Below are positions 6,863-15,391 of a stretch of 38,469 bases of DNA, in pieces. The notes under the pieces were generated by a model that ran no database searches, was not told the DNA's origin, and was given only the letters and a program-made list of their open reading frames with translations. The stretch is from IMG/VR virus record IMGVR_UViG_3300024046_000015, positions 1 to 38,469 of that record. The stretch is one strand, 5' to 3'. Within the stretch, counting starts at the first letter, position 1. Every line of letters begins with the position of its first letter. Both the position numbers and the translations under genes were made by a program. The stretch comes from a virus (taxonomy: Duplodnaviria; Caudoviricetes).

Positions 6863-7500
6863 GGGCGCTGCGCGTGCTGATCGCCTGCGAGTTTTCCGGC
6901 GTGGTGCGGCGGGCCTTTGCGGCGCGCGGCCACGATGCATGGTCGTGCGATCTGCTGCCGGCCGAGGATGGCTCGAACAAGCATATTGTTGGCGATGTGC
7001 GCGACCTGCTCGATGACGGATGGGATTTGCTGATGGTGGCCCATCCGCCCTGCACGCGGTTGTGCAATTCGGGGGTGCGTTGGCTCACCGCGCCGCCTCG
7101 GGGCAAGACGCTGGACGAGATGTGGCGTGACCTCGACGAGGGGGCCGCGCTGTTTTCGGCCTGCTGGAATGCACCGATCGAGCGGATCGCCATCGAAAAT
7201 CCGGTCATGCACCGGCACGCCAAGGCGCGGATCGTCAATTTTGTCGAGCATAGCCAATCGATCCAGCCCTGGCAGTTCGGGGACGGGGAGGCCAAGCGCA
7301 CCTGCATCTGGCTCAAGGGCCTGCCGGTTCTGGTGCCGACGCATCCCGAAAAGCCCGAAGCCATCGTGCACCGTGTCTGGCGCATGCCACCCGGACCGGA
7401 GCGGCAGAAGGAGCGGAGCCGGTTTTTCCCCGGTGTCGCTGCGGCCATGGCCGAGCAATGGGGCGGCTGGGCAGAAGAAACGGTGAGGGCGCAGGCATGA
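6859..7500 (+). CDS. Minimal DNA cytosine-C5 methyltransferase-like protein
   Basis: 213 aa; motif I variant VLIACEFSG, catalytic HPPC, IENP (motif VI), QPWQFG...KRT (motif VIII). Confidence 0.75.
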   Translation: MRALRVLIACEFSGVVRRAFAARGHDAWSCDLLPAEDGSNKHIVGDVRDLLDDGWDLLMVAHPPCTRLCNSGVRWLTAPPRGKTLDEMWRDLDEGAALFSACWNAPIERIAIENPVMHRHAKARIVNFVEHSQSIQPWQFGDGEAKRTCIWLKGLPVLVPTHPEKPEAIVHRVWRMPPGPERQKERSRFFPGVAAAMAEQWGGWAEETVRAQA

Positions 7501-10133
7501 ACCTCCCACTACGCTACGAGGACTTTCTTGCCGCCAAGGTGGCCATGGCGCCGGTTTCCGGGTTCGCCGTCAGCGATGATGAGATCAACCCGCTGCTGAA
7601 ACCGCATCAGAAAGACATGGTGCGTTGGGCCTGTCTCGGGGGGCGCCGTGCCATCTTTGCCGCCTTCGGGCTGGGCAAGAGCTTCATGCAGCTTGAAATC
7701 CTGCGCATCATCGCGGCGCGCTTCGGCGGCATGGGGCTGATCGTGGCGCCGCTGGGCGTACGCCGCGAATTCATGGCCGATGTGCGCACGCTGGCGACGG
7801 GTGACCATCCCGATATCAGCGATGCGCAGCGGGCCGAACTGGCGGCGTGGCAGGCGGGGCATAAGGAGCGGGTGCCGAGCCTTAAATTCATCAATCGCGA
7901 CGACCAGGCCGAGGGGCCGGGGCTCTATATCGCCAATTATGAGCCGGTGCGCGACGGCAAGCTCGATCCACGGCGCTTCACCGCCTCCAGCCTCGACGAG
8001 GCCTCGGTGCTGCGCGGCTTCGGCGGCACGAAAACCTTCCGCGAATTCATGCGGCTGTTTGATGGGGTGCGGTTCAAATTCGTCGCCACGGCGACGCCGA
8101 GCCCGAATGAATATGTCGAGATGCTGGCCTATTCGGCCTTTCTCGAGGTCATGGATATCGGCCAGGCCAAGACGCGGTTCTTCAAGCGCAACAGCGAAAA
8201 GGCTGACACGCTCACCATTCACCCGCACAAGCAACGCGAGTTCTGGCTGTGGGTGGCGAGCTGGGGCCTCTTCGTGCAGAAGCCATCGGATCTGGGGCAC
8301 AGCGACGCGGGCTATGAACTGCCCGGGCTCGACGTGCACTGGCACGAGCTGCCGGCCGACCATTCGACGGCCGGGGTCGAAAAAAGCGGGCAGGGGCGCC
8401 TGCTGCGCAATGCGGCCGCCAGCCTCGCGGACGCGGCGCGGGAAAAGCGCGACAGCCTGCCGGCGCGGGTCGCCAAAATGCTGGAGCTGCGAGAGATCGA
8501 CGCGGCAGCGCATCGGCTGATCTGGCACGACCTCGAGGCCGAGCGGCACGCGATCGAGGCGGCGCTGCCCGGCATCGCCACGGTCTATGGCAGCCAGGAC
8601 CTCGGGCGGCGCGAGGAATTGCTGGCCGATTTTGCCGAGGGGCGCCGGCGCGAGCTGGCGGGCAAACCCTCGATGCTGGGCTCGGGCAGCAATTTCCAGC
8701 GGCATTGCCATTGGGCGGTGTTCCTCGGGATCGGCTTTAAATTCAACGATTTCATCCAGGCCGTGCACAGGGTTTACCGCTTTTTGCAGCGGCATCGGGT
8801 GCGGATCGACCTCATCTATACCGAGGCGGAGCGGCCGGTGCGCGACAGCCTTGAAGCGAAATGGCGCCGGCACGACGAGCAGATGGCGATCATGACAGAG
8901 ATTATCCGCGAATACGGGCTCACCGCCTCGGCGATGGCCCAGAGCCTGACGCGCGCCATGGGCGTCGAGCGAGTCGAGGTGTCGGGCGAGAATTATTGCC
9001 TGGTCAATAATGACTGCGTGCCCGAATGCGCCAGCATGGCGCCTGATAGCGTCGATCTGATCGTCACCTCGATCCCGTTCTCGACGCAGTACGAGTACAG
9101 CCCGAACTATGCCGACTTCGGCCACACCGACGACAACGCACATTTCTGGGCGCAGATGGATTATCTGATCCCGCAGCTGTTGCGGGTGCTGGCGCCGGGG
9201 CGGATCGCGGCCATCCACGTCAAGGATCGGATCGTGCCGGGCGGCATGACCGGGCTGGGCTTCCAGACCGTCTATCCCTTTTCCGACGATTGCGTGCGCG
9301 CCTTCGTGCGGCACGGTTTCGCCTTCCTCAGCCGCAAGACCATTACCACCGACGTGGTGCGCGAAAACAACCAGACCTATCGGCTGGGCTGGACGGAGCA
9401 GTGCAAGGATGGCAGCCGCATGGGCAATGGGCTGCCCGAGTATCTGCTGATCTTTCGCAAGCCGCCCAGCGACAACTCCAACGGTTACGCCGACGACCCG
9501 GTGGTCAAGCCGAAAAAGGAATGGAAGCAGGGGCATTGGAGCGCCGAGGATGGCTACAGTAGGGCGCGCTGGCAGCTCGATGCGCATGGCTACATGCCGG
9601 TGTCCGGCAATCGGCTGTTGACCGGGGAAGAACTGCGCAGCCTCGACGCCGATGTGATCTATCGGCTGTGGAAGGCCTATCAGCTCAACGCCGTCTACGA
9701 TTTCCAGCACCACGTGAAAATCGCCGAGGAAATGGAGGAATGGGGCTCGCTGCCCTCGACCTTCATGTTGCTGCCGCCGCACTCCAAGCATGACGATGTG
9801 TGGACCGATGTTGCCCGCATGCTCTCCATGAACACCTTGCAGGCGCAGGCGGGGCGGGAAATGCACCTCTGCCCGCTGCAATTCGACATCATCGATCGCT
9901 GCGTCATCCAGTATTCCGAGCCGGGCGAAACCGTCTTCGATCCGTTCGGCGGGCTGATGAGCGTGCCCTACAGGGCGCTCAAGCTGGGCCGGAAGGGTAG
10001 GGCGGTCGAGCTCAACCCGGGCTATTTCGTCGATGGGTGCCAATATCTCAAGGCCATGGCCGATGAACTGGCCATGCCGGACCTGTTCGGGCTGCTGGAA
10101 CTGGAGCAGCAGGGCGGGGAGGCGGTGGCATGA
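7497..10133 (+). CDS. SNF2-like (SF2) helicase fused to beta-class N4/N6 DNA methyltransferase
   Basis: 878 aa; FGLGKS (Walker A), LDEAS (Walker B), ATATP, QAVHRVYRFLQ; then TSIPF (motif IV variant) preceding DPFGG (motif I). Confidence 0.88.
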   Translation: MNLPLRYEDFLAAKVAMAPVSGFAVSDDEINPLLKPHQKDMVRWACLGGRRAIFAAFGLGKSFMQLEILRIIAARFGGMGLIVAPLGVRREFMADVRTLATGDHPDISDAQRAELAAWQAGHKERVPSLKFINRDDQAEGPGLYIANYEPVRDGKLDPRRFTASSLDEASVLRGFGGTKTFREFMRLFDGVRFKFVATATPSPNEYVEMLAYSAFLEVMDIGQAKTRFFKRNSEKADTLTIHPHKQREFWLWVASWGLFVQKPSDLGHSDAGYELPGLDVHWHELPADHSTAGVEKSGQGRLLRNAAASLADAAREKRDSLPARVAKMLELREIDAAAHRLIWHDLEAERHAIEAALPGIATVYGSQDLGRREELLADFAEGRRRELAGKPSMLGSGSNFQRHCHWAVFLGIGFKFNDFIQAVHRVYRFLQRHRVRIDLIYTEAERPVRDSLEAKWRRHDEQMAIMTEIIREYGLTASAMAQSLTRAMGVERVEVSGENYCLVNNDCVPECASMAPDSVDLIVTSIPFSTQYEYSPNYADFGHTDDNAHFWAQMDYLIPQLLRVLAPGRIAAIHVKDRIVPGGMTGLGFQTVYPFSDDCVRAFVRHGFAFLSRKTITTDVVRENNQTYRLGWTEQCKDGSRMGNGLPEYLLIFRKPPSDNSNGYADDPVVKPKKEWKQGHWSAEDGYSRARWQLDAHGYMPVSGNRLLTGEELRSLDADVIYRLWKAYQLNAVYDFQHHVKIAEEMEEWGSLPSTFMLLPPHSKHDDVWTDVARMLSMNTLQAQAGREMHLCPLQFDIIDRCVIQYSEPGETVFDPFGGLMSVPYRALKLGRKGRAVELNPGYFVDGCQYLKAMADELAMPDLFGLLELEQQGGEAVA

Positions 10134-10315
10134 GTGATGCCGATCGCATTCGCGTTGCCCAGGCCGGTGCCAGCGGGCTGAAAAACAAGCGTTTTCAGGC
10201 CGCCGTTGGCGCGATCCTCGAGCGCTATGAGCAGGGGCAGGGCGCCTCTTCCTGCATGGCGGAAATCCGGGCAGCGTTCCGGGCGCTCCGGCAGCGGCGG
10301 GAGGCCGGCAGATGA
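10130..10315 (+). CDS. Hypothetical protein (61 aa)
   Basis: ATGA overlaps at both ends; GGGGAGG RBS. Confidence 0.65.
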   Translation: MSDADRIRVAQAGASGLKNKRFQAAVGAILERYEQGQGASSCMAEIRAAFRALRQRREAGR

Positions 10316-11508
10316 GTTTGCCGCCGGAACTGGCCACGCTGCGCGACGATGCCATGGCGGTCAGCTGCTGGAGCTGGGCCGATTTCAAGGGCTGGAAGCT
10401 GGGGCCCGGGCCCGACAAGGCGGGGCCGTGCCCGCGCTGCGGCGGCACCGACCGCTTTGCCATCCATACGACCAAAAACACCTTTTTGTGCCGCCGCTGC
10501 GGGCTGGCCGGGGCGGGCGTCATCGACCTGGTGATGCAGACCGAGGGGCTGAAATTCGTGGCGGCTTGCGAGCTGATCACCGGGCGGCGGGTCGCCGATC
10601 CGATCTCGGCCGAGGAACAGGCGCGCATCCACCAGGAGGCCGAGCGGCGCGAACGCGAGCGCGCCGCCGAGGAAGAAAAGCGGCGGCTGCGGGCCATCAA
10701 TGAGGGGCTGGCCATCTGGGAGCGCACGGCCGTGCCGGCGCCATTGGGTGCCGGCGGTGTGGCCGATTATCTGGCGCTGCGCGGTTTGGGCGGGCTGAAA
10801 CTCGACAAAATCCTCGTCCGCGAAATCATGGCCCACCCTTACGTCGTCGAGGTCGACGCCGAAAACGGCCGCAAGAGCTATCCGACGATCCACATCGGCG
10901 CCTGCATGGTCGCGGCCGTGGTGCTGGCCGATGGGCATTTCGGCGCGGTGCACCAAACCTGGCTCGACCTCGATCAGCCCAAGGGCAAGGCGGTGCTGTT
11001 TCACCCGTCTCGCACCGACAAGGATGGCGCGCCGCTGGCGCTGCCGGCCAAGAAGGTGCGCGGCAGCAAGCGCGGCGGCGCCATCAAGCTTTATGGCCCG
11101 CGCCAGGCGCGGCGCATCGTCATGGGCGAGGGGATCGAAACGACGCTGACGGCGCTGCGGCACAATTTCGAGCCGGCAACGGCCTATTGGGCCGGGGTCG
11201 ATCTGGGCAATATGGCCGGGCGGGCGCTGCTGGGCGCGGATGGCAAGCGGCACGAGGCCGAACCGAATCTCGATGACCATGATTGTTTCGTGCCGCCCGA
11301 CTGGTGCGAGGAACTGGTCTATCTCTGCGACAGCGACGAGCCGGAAACGCGCACCATCGACAAGGTGACGCGGGGCCTCAAGCGGGCCGTGGCGCGGCGC
11401 GCGGCCGCCAGGGCGGTCGATCCGACGCTGCCCGAGATCCTAGTCAGCTATGTGGAGCCGGTGGGCGAGGGCCAGGACCTCAATGACCTGGTACGGGTGG
11501 AGGCATGA
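10312..11508 (+). CDS. DNA primase (P4-alpha-type zinc-binding domain plus TOPRIM)
   Basis: GPCPRCGGTDRF...FLCRRC zinc ribbon; GEGIET and DSD TOPRIM motifs; C-terminal GQDLND. Confidence 0.88.
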   Translation: MSLPPELATLRDDAMAVSCWSWADFKGWKLGPGPDKAGPCPRCGGTDRFAIHTTKNTFLCRRCGLAGAGVIDLVMQTEGLKFVAACELITGRRVADPISAEEQARIHQEAERRERERAAEEEKRRLRAINEGLAIWERTAVPAPLGAGGVADYLALRGLGGLKLDKILVREIMAHPYVVEVDAENGRKSYPTIHIGACMVAAVVLADGHFGAVHQTWLDLDQPKGKAVLFHPSRTDKDGAPLALPAKKVRGSKRGGAIKLYGPRQARRIVMGEGIETTLTALRHNFEPATAYWAGVDLGNMAGRALLGADGKRHEAEPNLDDHDCFVPPDWCEELVYLCDSDEPETRTIDKVTRGLKRAVARRAAARAVDPTLPEILVSYVEPVGEGQDLNDLVRVEA

Positions 11509-13352
11509 GCGACACACCCGACGATGACGACAAGGCCGATGCCGTCAAGAAGGCCATGGGCAAGAAAAAGACGGTGAAGCTCACCGTTGTCGACGGAGGA
11601 AAGGCCGAAAAGCCGAAGCGCGGGCGGAAGCCTGCCGCGCCCAAGGATGAAGCGCCGCCACCACAGGAGGCCGGTGATCCCGGCCCGGCCGAGCCGGACT
11701 ATAATGGCGCCGATGATTACGGCTCCAATGATGGGGCCGACGCGGCCGAGCTGATCGTCATCCGCTGGTGCGCGGGGCTCGACCAGAACGATCGCGACAA
11801 TGGGCGCCGGCTGGTCGCCTGGTTCGGCCCGGATATCAAATATGTGACCGGGCTGGGCTGGCTGGTCTGGAAGGGCACGCATTGGCTGCGCGACGAAGCC
11901 GATCTCGACGTGCGCTTTCTGGCGCAGACGATCGTGGACAAGATCAAGCTCGAGGCCATCGAGCTGGAGGCGAGTGACCGCCAGAAGCGGATCCTCGAGC
12001 GCTCCACCGAGCTGCTGAAAAAGCAGGGCGAGTTGAGCGCGGCCGAGGAGCGCGTCATCAAGACGGCCGGCGAGATCATGGTGGCGCTGGGCAAGCGCCG
12101 CTCCTCGCGCATCGCCTGGGCGGTGACCTCGGGCAATGCAGGCCGCACCAAGGCCATGCTGGAGCAGGCGCAATCCTTGCAGGCGCTGCCGATCGACCGG
12201 CTCGATGCCGACCATAATCTGTTCAACGTGGCCAATGGCACGCTGCGCTTCTGGCGCGAGCTCGATCCGGACCAACCCGAGGGCGGCAGTCGCATGATCG
12301 GCCGCTTCGAATTCCTGCCGCATGACCGCGACAACCTCATCACCAAAATGGCCGATGTCGAATATCAGCCCGAGGCGACGGCGCCCTTTTTCCACGAGAC
12401 GTTCCTGGCCAAGGTGCAGCCCGAGGCGCGCTGGCGCACCTTTATCCAGGTGTCGACGGCCGTGGCGCTGCTGTTCGGCGGCAATGACGAGCAGCGGCTG
12501 TTTTACCATTACGGCACTGGCGCCAACGGCAAGAGCGCCTATTTCGAGTTGATCGGGCGGCTGGCCGGCAGCTATCGACAGATCGCATCGCCCGAAACGA
12601 TTACCGGCGATGGGCAGCGGGCCGGTCAGCAGGCCAACCCCGATATCGCCCGCCTGCACAATGCGCGGCTGGTGACGATCGAGGAACTGCCGAAAAACAC
12701 GCCGCTCAAGGAAGAGCTGATCAAGGCGCTGACTGGTGGCACGAAAATCCTCGCGCGGTTCCTCAACAAGGATTTCTTCGAGTTCATGCCGCAATTTACC
12801 CCGATGCTGTCGGGCAACAACAAGCCGGCGATCTCGGGGACCGATGAGGGTATCTGGCGGCGCTTCCTGTTCGTGATCTGGGGTGTGAAGATCCCGGAAG
12901 GGGAGCGCATGGCGCCCACCGAGCTGGCGGCCCGCCTCGATGCCGAGCGCTCGGGCGTGCTCAACTGGCTGATCGAAGGGGCGCTGCTCTATCTGCAGCA
13001 TGGTCTGGATCATTTCACGCCGCCCGAGGCCAAGGCCTTCGCCCAGGACTATCGGCAGGAGCGCGATAATGTCGGCACATTTGCCGAGGTGGCGATCGTG
13101 CGCGTCGATCCGGCCGAGAATTGCAAGATACAGGCGGGCGACCTCTACAAGGCCTATCTGCGCTGGTGCGAGGTTAACCAGATCAAGCCGGCCAGCAATC
13201 GCAGTTTCGGCGACCGGCTGAGCGATCTGGGCTTCCAGAAGAAGCGGTCGAATTACTTCTTCTATACCGACATTCGTCTCAAGGATGACCTGGCCGGCAC
13301 CGCTGACCATGACGGCCCGCCGCCGCGCGACCCCAACGATCCGGGGTTCTAG
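11505..13352 (+). CDS. D5/P4-family SF3 replicative helicase with C-terminal winged helix
   Basis: GWLVWKGTHW D5_N-like region; Walker A GTGANGKS; IKALTGG; GIWRR; C-terminal LYKAYLRWC...FGDRL. Confidence 0.92.
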   Translation: MSDTPDDDDKADAVKKAMGKKKTVKLTVVDGGKAEKPKRGRKPAAPKDEAPPPQEAGDPGPAEPDYNGADDYGSNDGADAAELIVIRWCAGLDQNDRDNGRRLVAWFGPDIKYVTGLGWLVWKGTHWLRDEADLDVRFLAQTIVDKIKLEAIELEASDRQKRILERSTELLKKQGELSAAEERVIKTAGEIMVALGKRRSSRIAWAVTSGNAGRTKAMLEQAQSLQALPIDRLDADHNLFNVANGTLRFWRELDPDQPEGGSRMIGRFEFLPHDRDNLITKMADVEYQPEATAPFFHETFLAKVQPEARWRTFIQVSTAVALLFGGNDEQRLFYHYGTGANGKSAYFELIGRLAGSYRQIASPETITGDGQRAGQQANPDIARLHNARLVTIEELPKNTPLKEELIKALTGGTKILARFLNKDFFEFMPQFTPMLSGNNKPAISGTDEGIWRRFLFVIWGVKIPEGERMAPTELAARLDAERSGVLNWLIEGALLYLQHGLDHFTPPEAKAFAQDYRQERDNVGTFAEVAIVRVDPAENCKIQAGDLYKAYLRWCEVNQIKPASNRSFGDRLSDLGFQKKRSNYFFYTDIRLKDDLAGTADHDGPPPRDPNDPGF

Positions 13353-13361
13353 CTCGCCAAT

Positions 13362-13420
13362 GGGGCGGCAGCGGCCGGGACGGTCGCGCCGCCGCCTTCG
13401 CCGCCCCGCACCCCTTTTTT
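13362..13420 (+). terminator. Possible terminator after the replication genes
   Basis: GGGGCGGC (13362-13369) pairs with GCCGCCCC (13400-13407); T6 at 13415-13420; large loop and offset T-tract are atypical. Confidence 0.35.
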
Positions 13421-13759
13421 CAGAGAAAAGGCAGTCCCAAACCTCCCGCCGCTCACGCGGCGCGATAGAGGTTTGGGAGCTTTGCGGGATGGTCAGTGCA
13501 AATATCCCGTTCTCAATTCAATAGCAAAATCAGTGCTTTGATCTGAATTTTAGAGGGTCGGGACGGTCTTCGCTCGGGTATTGTAAGGGGGCAGGGGTGT
13601 GGGGTGTTTCTGGGGTGGGGTTTGGGGGTGAAAATGGTCTTGTGTGTCTCTGGCAAGTGTCCCAACCGTTCCACCCTCTATAACACCCTCTAATCGCTTC
13701 GCTTTTACCGATAGAGGTTTCCTTCGGAACCTCTAAAGACTGTCCCAAATGGGAGGTTT
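13377..13759. repeat. Putative replication origin with iteron-like 8-9-mers in both orientations
   Basis: About 14 variants of (TA/GG)GA(G/C)G(G/T)T, an AT-rich patch near 13500-13550 and a G-tract core; immediately downstream of the primase and helicase genes. Confidence 0.65.
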
Positions 13760-13765
13760 AGCCTT

Positions 13766-14350
13766 ATGGCTAAGGCTGTAGATGTAGAGGACCTAGTGGT
13801 TTGGGCCTTTCGGAACCAGAAGATCGAGGCGGTGGCTCGGGGCATGATGCCGGCGCTGCCCACATGGTCATCCGACAGTTCGCTGGCCGAGGTGCTGGCC
13901 CTGGGCACCAAGGTGGATACGACCTCGGCGGGGTCGCGCTTCGTGGCGTTGCATTGCAAGGAGGATGCGGCGGTCATCTTCGATGCGGTCATGGCCCTGC
14001 CCAAAGAGGCGCAGATGCTGGTGGTCATGCATGGCCGCAACGGGACGCGACCCGAGTGGCACGCGGAAGGGCCGGGCGAGTGGGTGCAGCCGCTCGACAA
14101 AAAGGGGCGGCCGAAAAAGCTCTGGCGCGATCCGGCCAAGCAGCGCGGCTATCTGGGGCTGGCGCCCAAGGTGCTGGTGGGCACGCATCCGGCCGTGGTG
14201 GAAGAGGCGCGGCGGGCCTATTGCGTCTGGTGGCTGGGCCTTTGCGATCTCGTGGACCTGCTCAATGGCCCCGATGGGCTGGTCGAGCATTGTGCCTTGC
14301 GGCCCCGGGATGCGCGGCCGCCATGGTTTGTGTCGGGGGAGGCCGCGTGA
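13766..14350 (+). CDS. Hypothetical protein, candidate late-transcription regulator (Q position)
   Basis: 194 aa; GGGAGG RBS; last gene before the late promoter and packaging module; function inferred from position only. Confidence 0.6.
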   Translation: MAKAVDVEDLVVWAFRNQKIEAVARGMMPALPTWSSDSSLAEVLALGTKVDTTSAGSRFVALHCKEDAAVIFDAVMALPKEAQMLVVMHGRNGTRPEWHAEGPGEWVQPLDKKGRPKKLWRDPAKQRGYLGLAPKVLVGTHPAVVEEARRAYCVWWLGLCDLVDLLNGPDGLVEHCALRPRDARPPWFVSGEAA

Positions 14351-14356
14351 AGGGTG

Positions 14357-14386
14357 TTGACGTGGGGGTAAAAATTGACATAGCTT
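14357..14386 (+). promoter_or_regulatory. Late promoter (pR'-like)
   Basis: TTGACG (14357-14362), 18 nt spacer, TAGCTT (14381-14386), with a second TTGACA at 14375-14380. Confidence 0.55.
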
Positions 14387-14412
14387 CACCACAACAAAAC
14401 AGGTCTGGATAT

Positions 14413-14447
14413 AGGCGCTTCGGGAAACCGTGGCGCCTTTGTCGTTT
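14413..14447 (+). terminator. Intrinsic terminator directly after the late promoter (tR'-like)
   Basis: AGGCGCTTCGG-GAAA-CCGTGGCGCCT followed by TTGTCGTTT. Confidence 0.65.
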
Positions 14448-14458
14448 GCGAGGGTGCT

Positions 14459-14836
14459 ATGGGCAGGCTCAAGGTGGCGCCGCCGCGCCTCAAGTCAGCA
14501 CCGCCCCGGATCGGGTTCGCCAGTGGCGATGACAAGGCGGGTGACCAGGCCCGCAATGCAGCCGCGCCATGGCGCGCCTGGTATCGCACCAAACGCTGGG
14601 CTGACCTGCGCATCGCGGTGTTTGCGCGCGACGGCTTCCGGTGCCAGCGCACCGGCCAGTTGTGCATGGGCAAATATCCGGCGCCCAACAGCCCGGTCGC
14701 AAACCACAAGCGGCCGCACCGGGGCAACCCCGACCTGTTCTGGGATATCGACAACCTCGAGACGGTGGCCAAGTCGGTGCACGATAGCCTGATCCAGGCC
14801 GAGGAGCAGGCCATTCCGACCGGCCGCTGGGACTGA
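14459..14836 (+). CDS. HNH endonuclease (HK97 gp74-like terminase accessory)
   Basis: WYRTKRW...RDGFRC...ANHKRPHRG...NL...HDS; directly upstream of terminase genes. Confidence 0.9.
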   Translation: MGRLKVAPPRLKSAPPRIGFASGDDKAGDQARNAAAPWRAWYRTKRWADLRIAVFARDGFRCQRTGQLCMGKYPAPNSPVANHKRPHRGNPDLFWDIDNLETVAKSVHDSLIQAEEQAIPTGRWD

Positions 14837-14839
14837 CCA

Positions 14840-14920
14840 GCGCCGGGGAGGGGGTGGGTCCGAAGTCTGGGCTACCCCGGGGCCCCGTACCGGCTTGGGG
14901 GTCACGCGGAGTTTTTTTTC
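14840..14920. other. Probable cos packaging region
   Basis: Non-coding gap between HNH and small terminase genes with a G-run start and T8 end; the usual cos position in HNH-associated HK97-like phages; cut site not identified. Confidence 0.45.
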
Positions 14921-14922
14921 TC

Positions 14923-15390
14923 ATGAGCGAGAATTTGGACCTGCTCGGGGACCCGATCCCTGAGGGGTTTGGCAAGCGTGGGCGGCCGCCGCATCGGGTG
15001 ACCGACGAAAAGCGTAGGCTTGTCATACAGTTACTGGCTTTCGGCTGGTCGATGGAGCGGATTGCGGCGGCGCTTTCGATCACGCCGCCGACTTTGCGCA
15101 AGAATTATTTTCGAGAGCTCAAGGCGAAGGCCGAGGCGCGCGCCCGGGTCGAGGGGAAGCTGATCGGCAAGCTGATGGAATTGGCCGAGGCCGGAAACGT
15201 GCAGGCGATCTCGAAATATCTGTCGCGGTTCGAAAAGTACGATCGCGACCGCCTGGCCGAGCAGATTGCCGATGCTGGCGTGGCGGCCCAGACCCGCGAA
15301 AAACTCGGCAAGAAGGAATTGCGGCAGCGTGCCGCCGAATCGGTCGGTGGCAAATATGCGGTGCCGCCCGGGCCAAGACTGGTGAACTGA
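14923..15390 (+). CDS. terS: Terminase small subunit
   Basis: GRPPH, then HTH (WSMERIAAALSITPPTLRKNY); position before the large terminase; start taken at MSENLDLLGDP. Confidence 0.8.
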   Translation: MSENLDLLGDPIPEGFGKRGRPPHRVTDEKRRLVIQLLAFGWSMERIAAALSITPPTLRKNYFRELKAKAEARARVEGKLIGKLMELAEAGNVQAISKYLSRFEKYDRDRLAEQIADAGVAAQTREKLGKKELRQRAAESVGGKYAVPPGPRLVN

Positions 15391-15391
15391 G

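Noticed and set aside
6859-10133. Restriction-modification, BREX or DISARM defence system
   Set aside because: No nuclease or other system components; the genes sit in the CI-repressed early lytic operon, consistent with orphan phage methylases.
7509-10727. 1072-aa minus-strand ORF, and similar long antisense ORFs at 11448-13310, 15119-16885, 17038-18450, 19074-20996, 22450-24390, 26102-27673 and 29084-30838
   Set aside because: Each mirrors a motif-bearing plus-strand gene; stop-codon scarcity on the antisense strand is expected from GC-rich codon bias.
13377-13759. Possible CRISPR array or structured ncRNA in the long intergenic region
   Set aside because: Repeats are only 8-9 nt, in both orientations and irregularly spaced, with no cas genes; an iteron origin fits better, although an RNA cannot be excluded.
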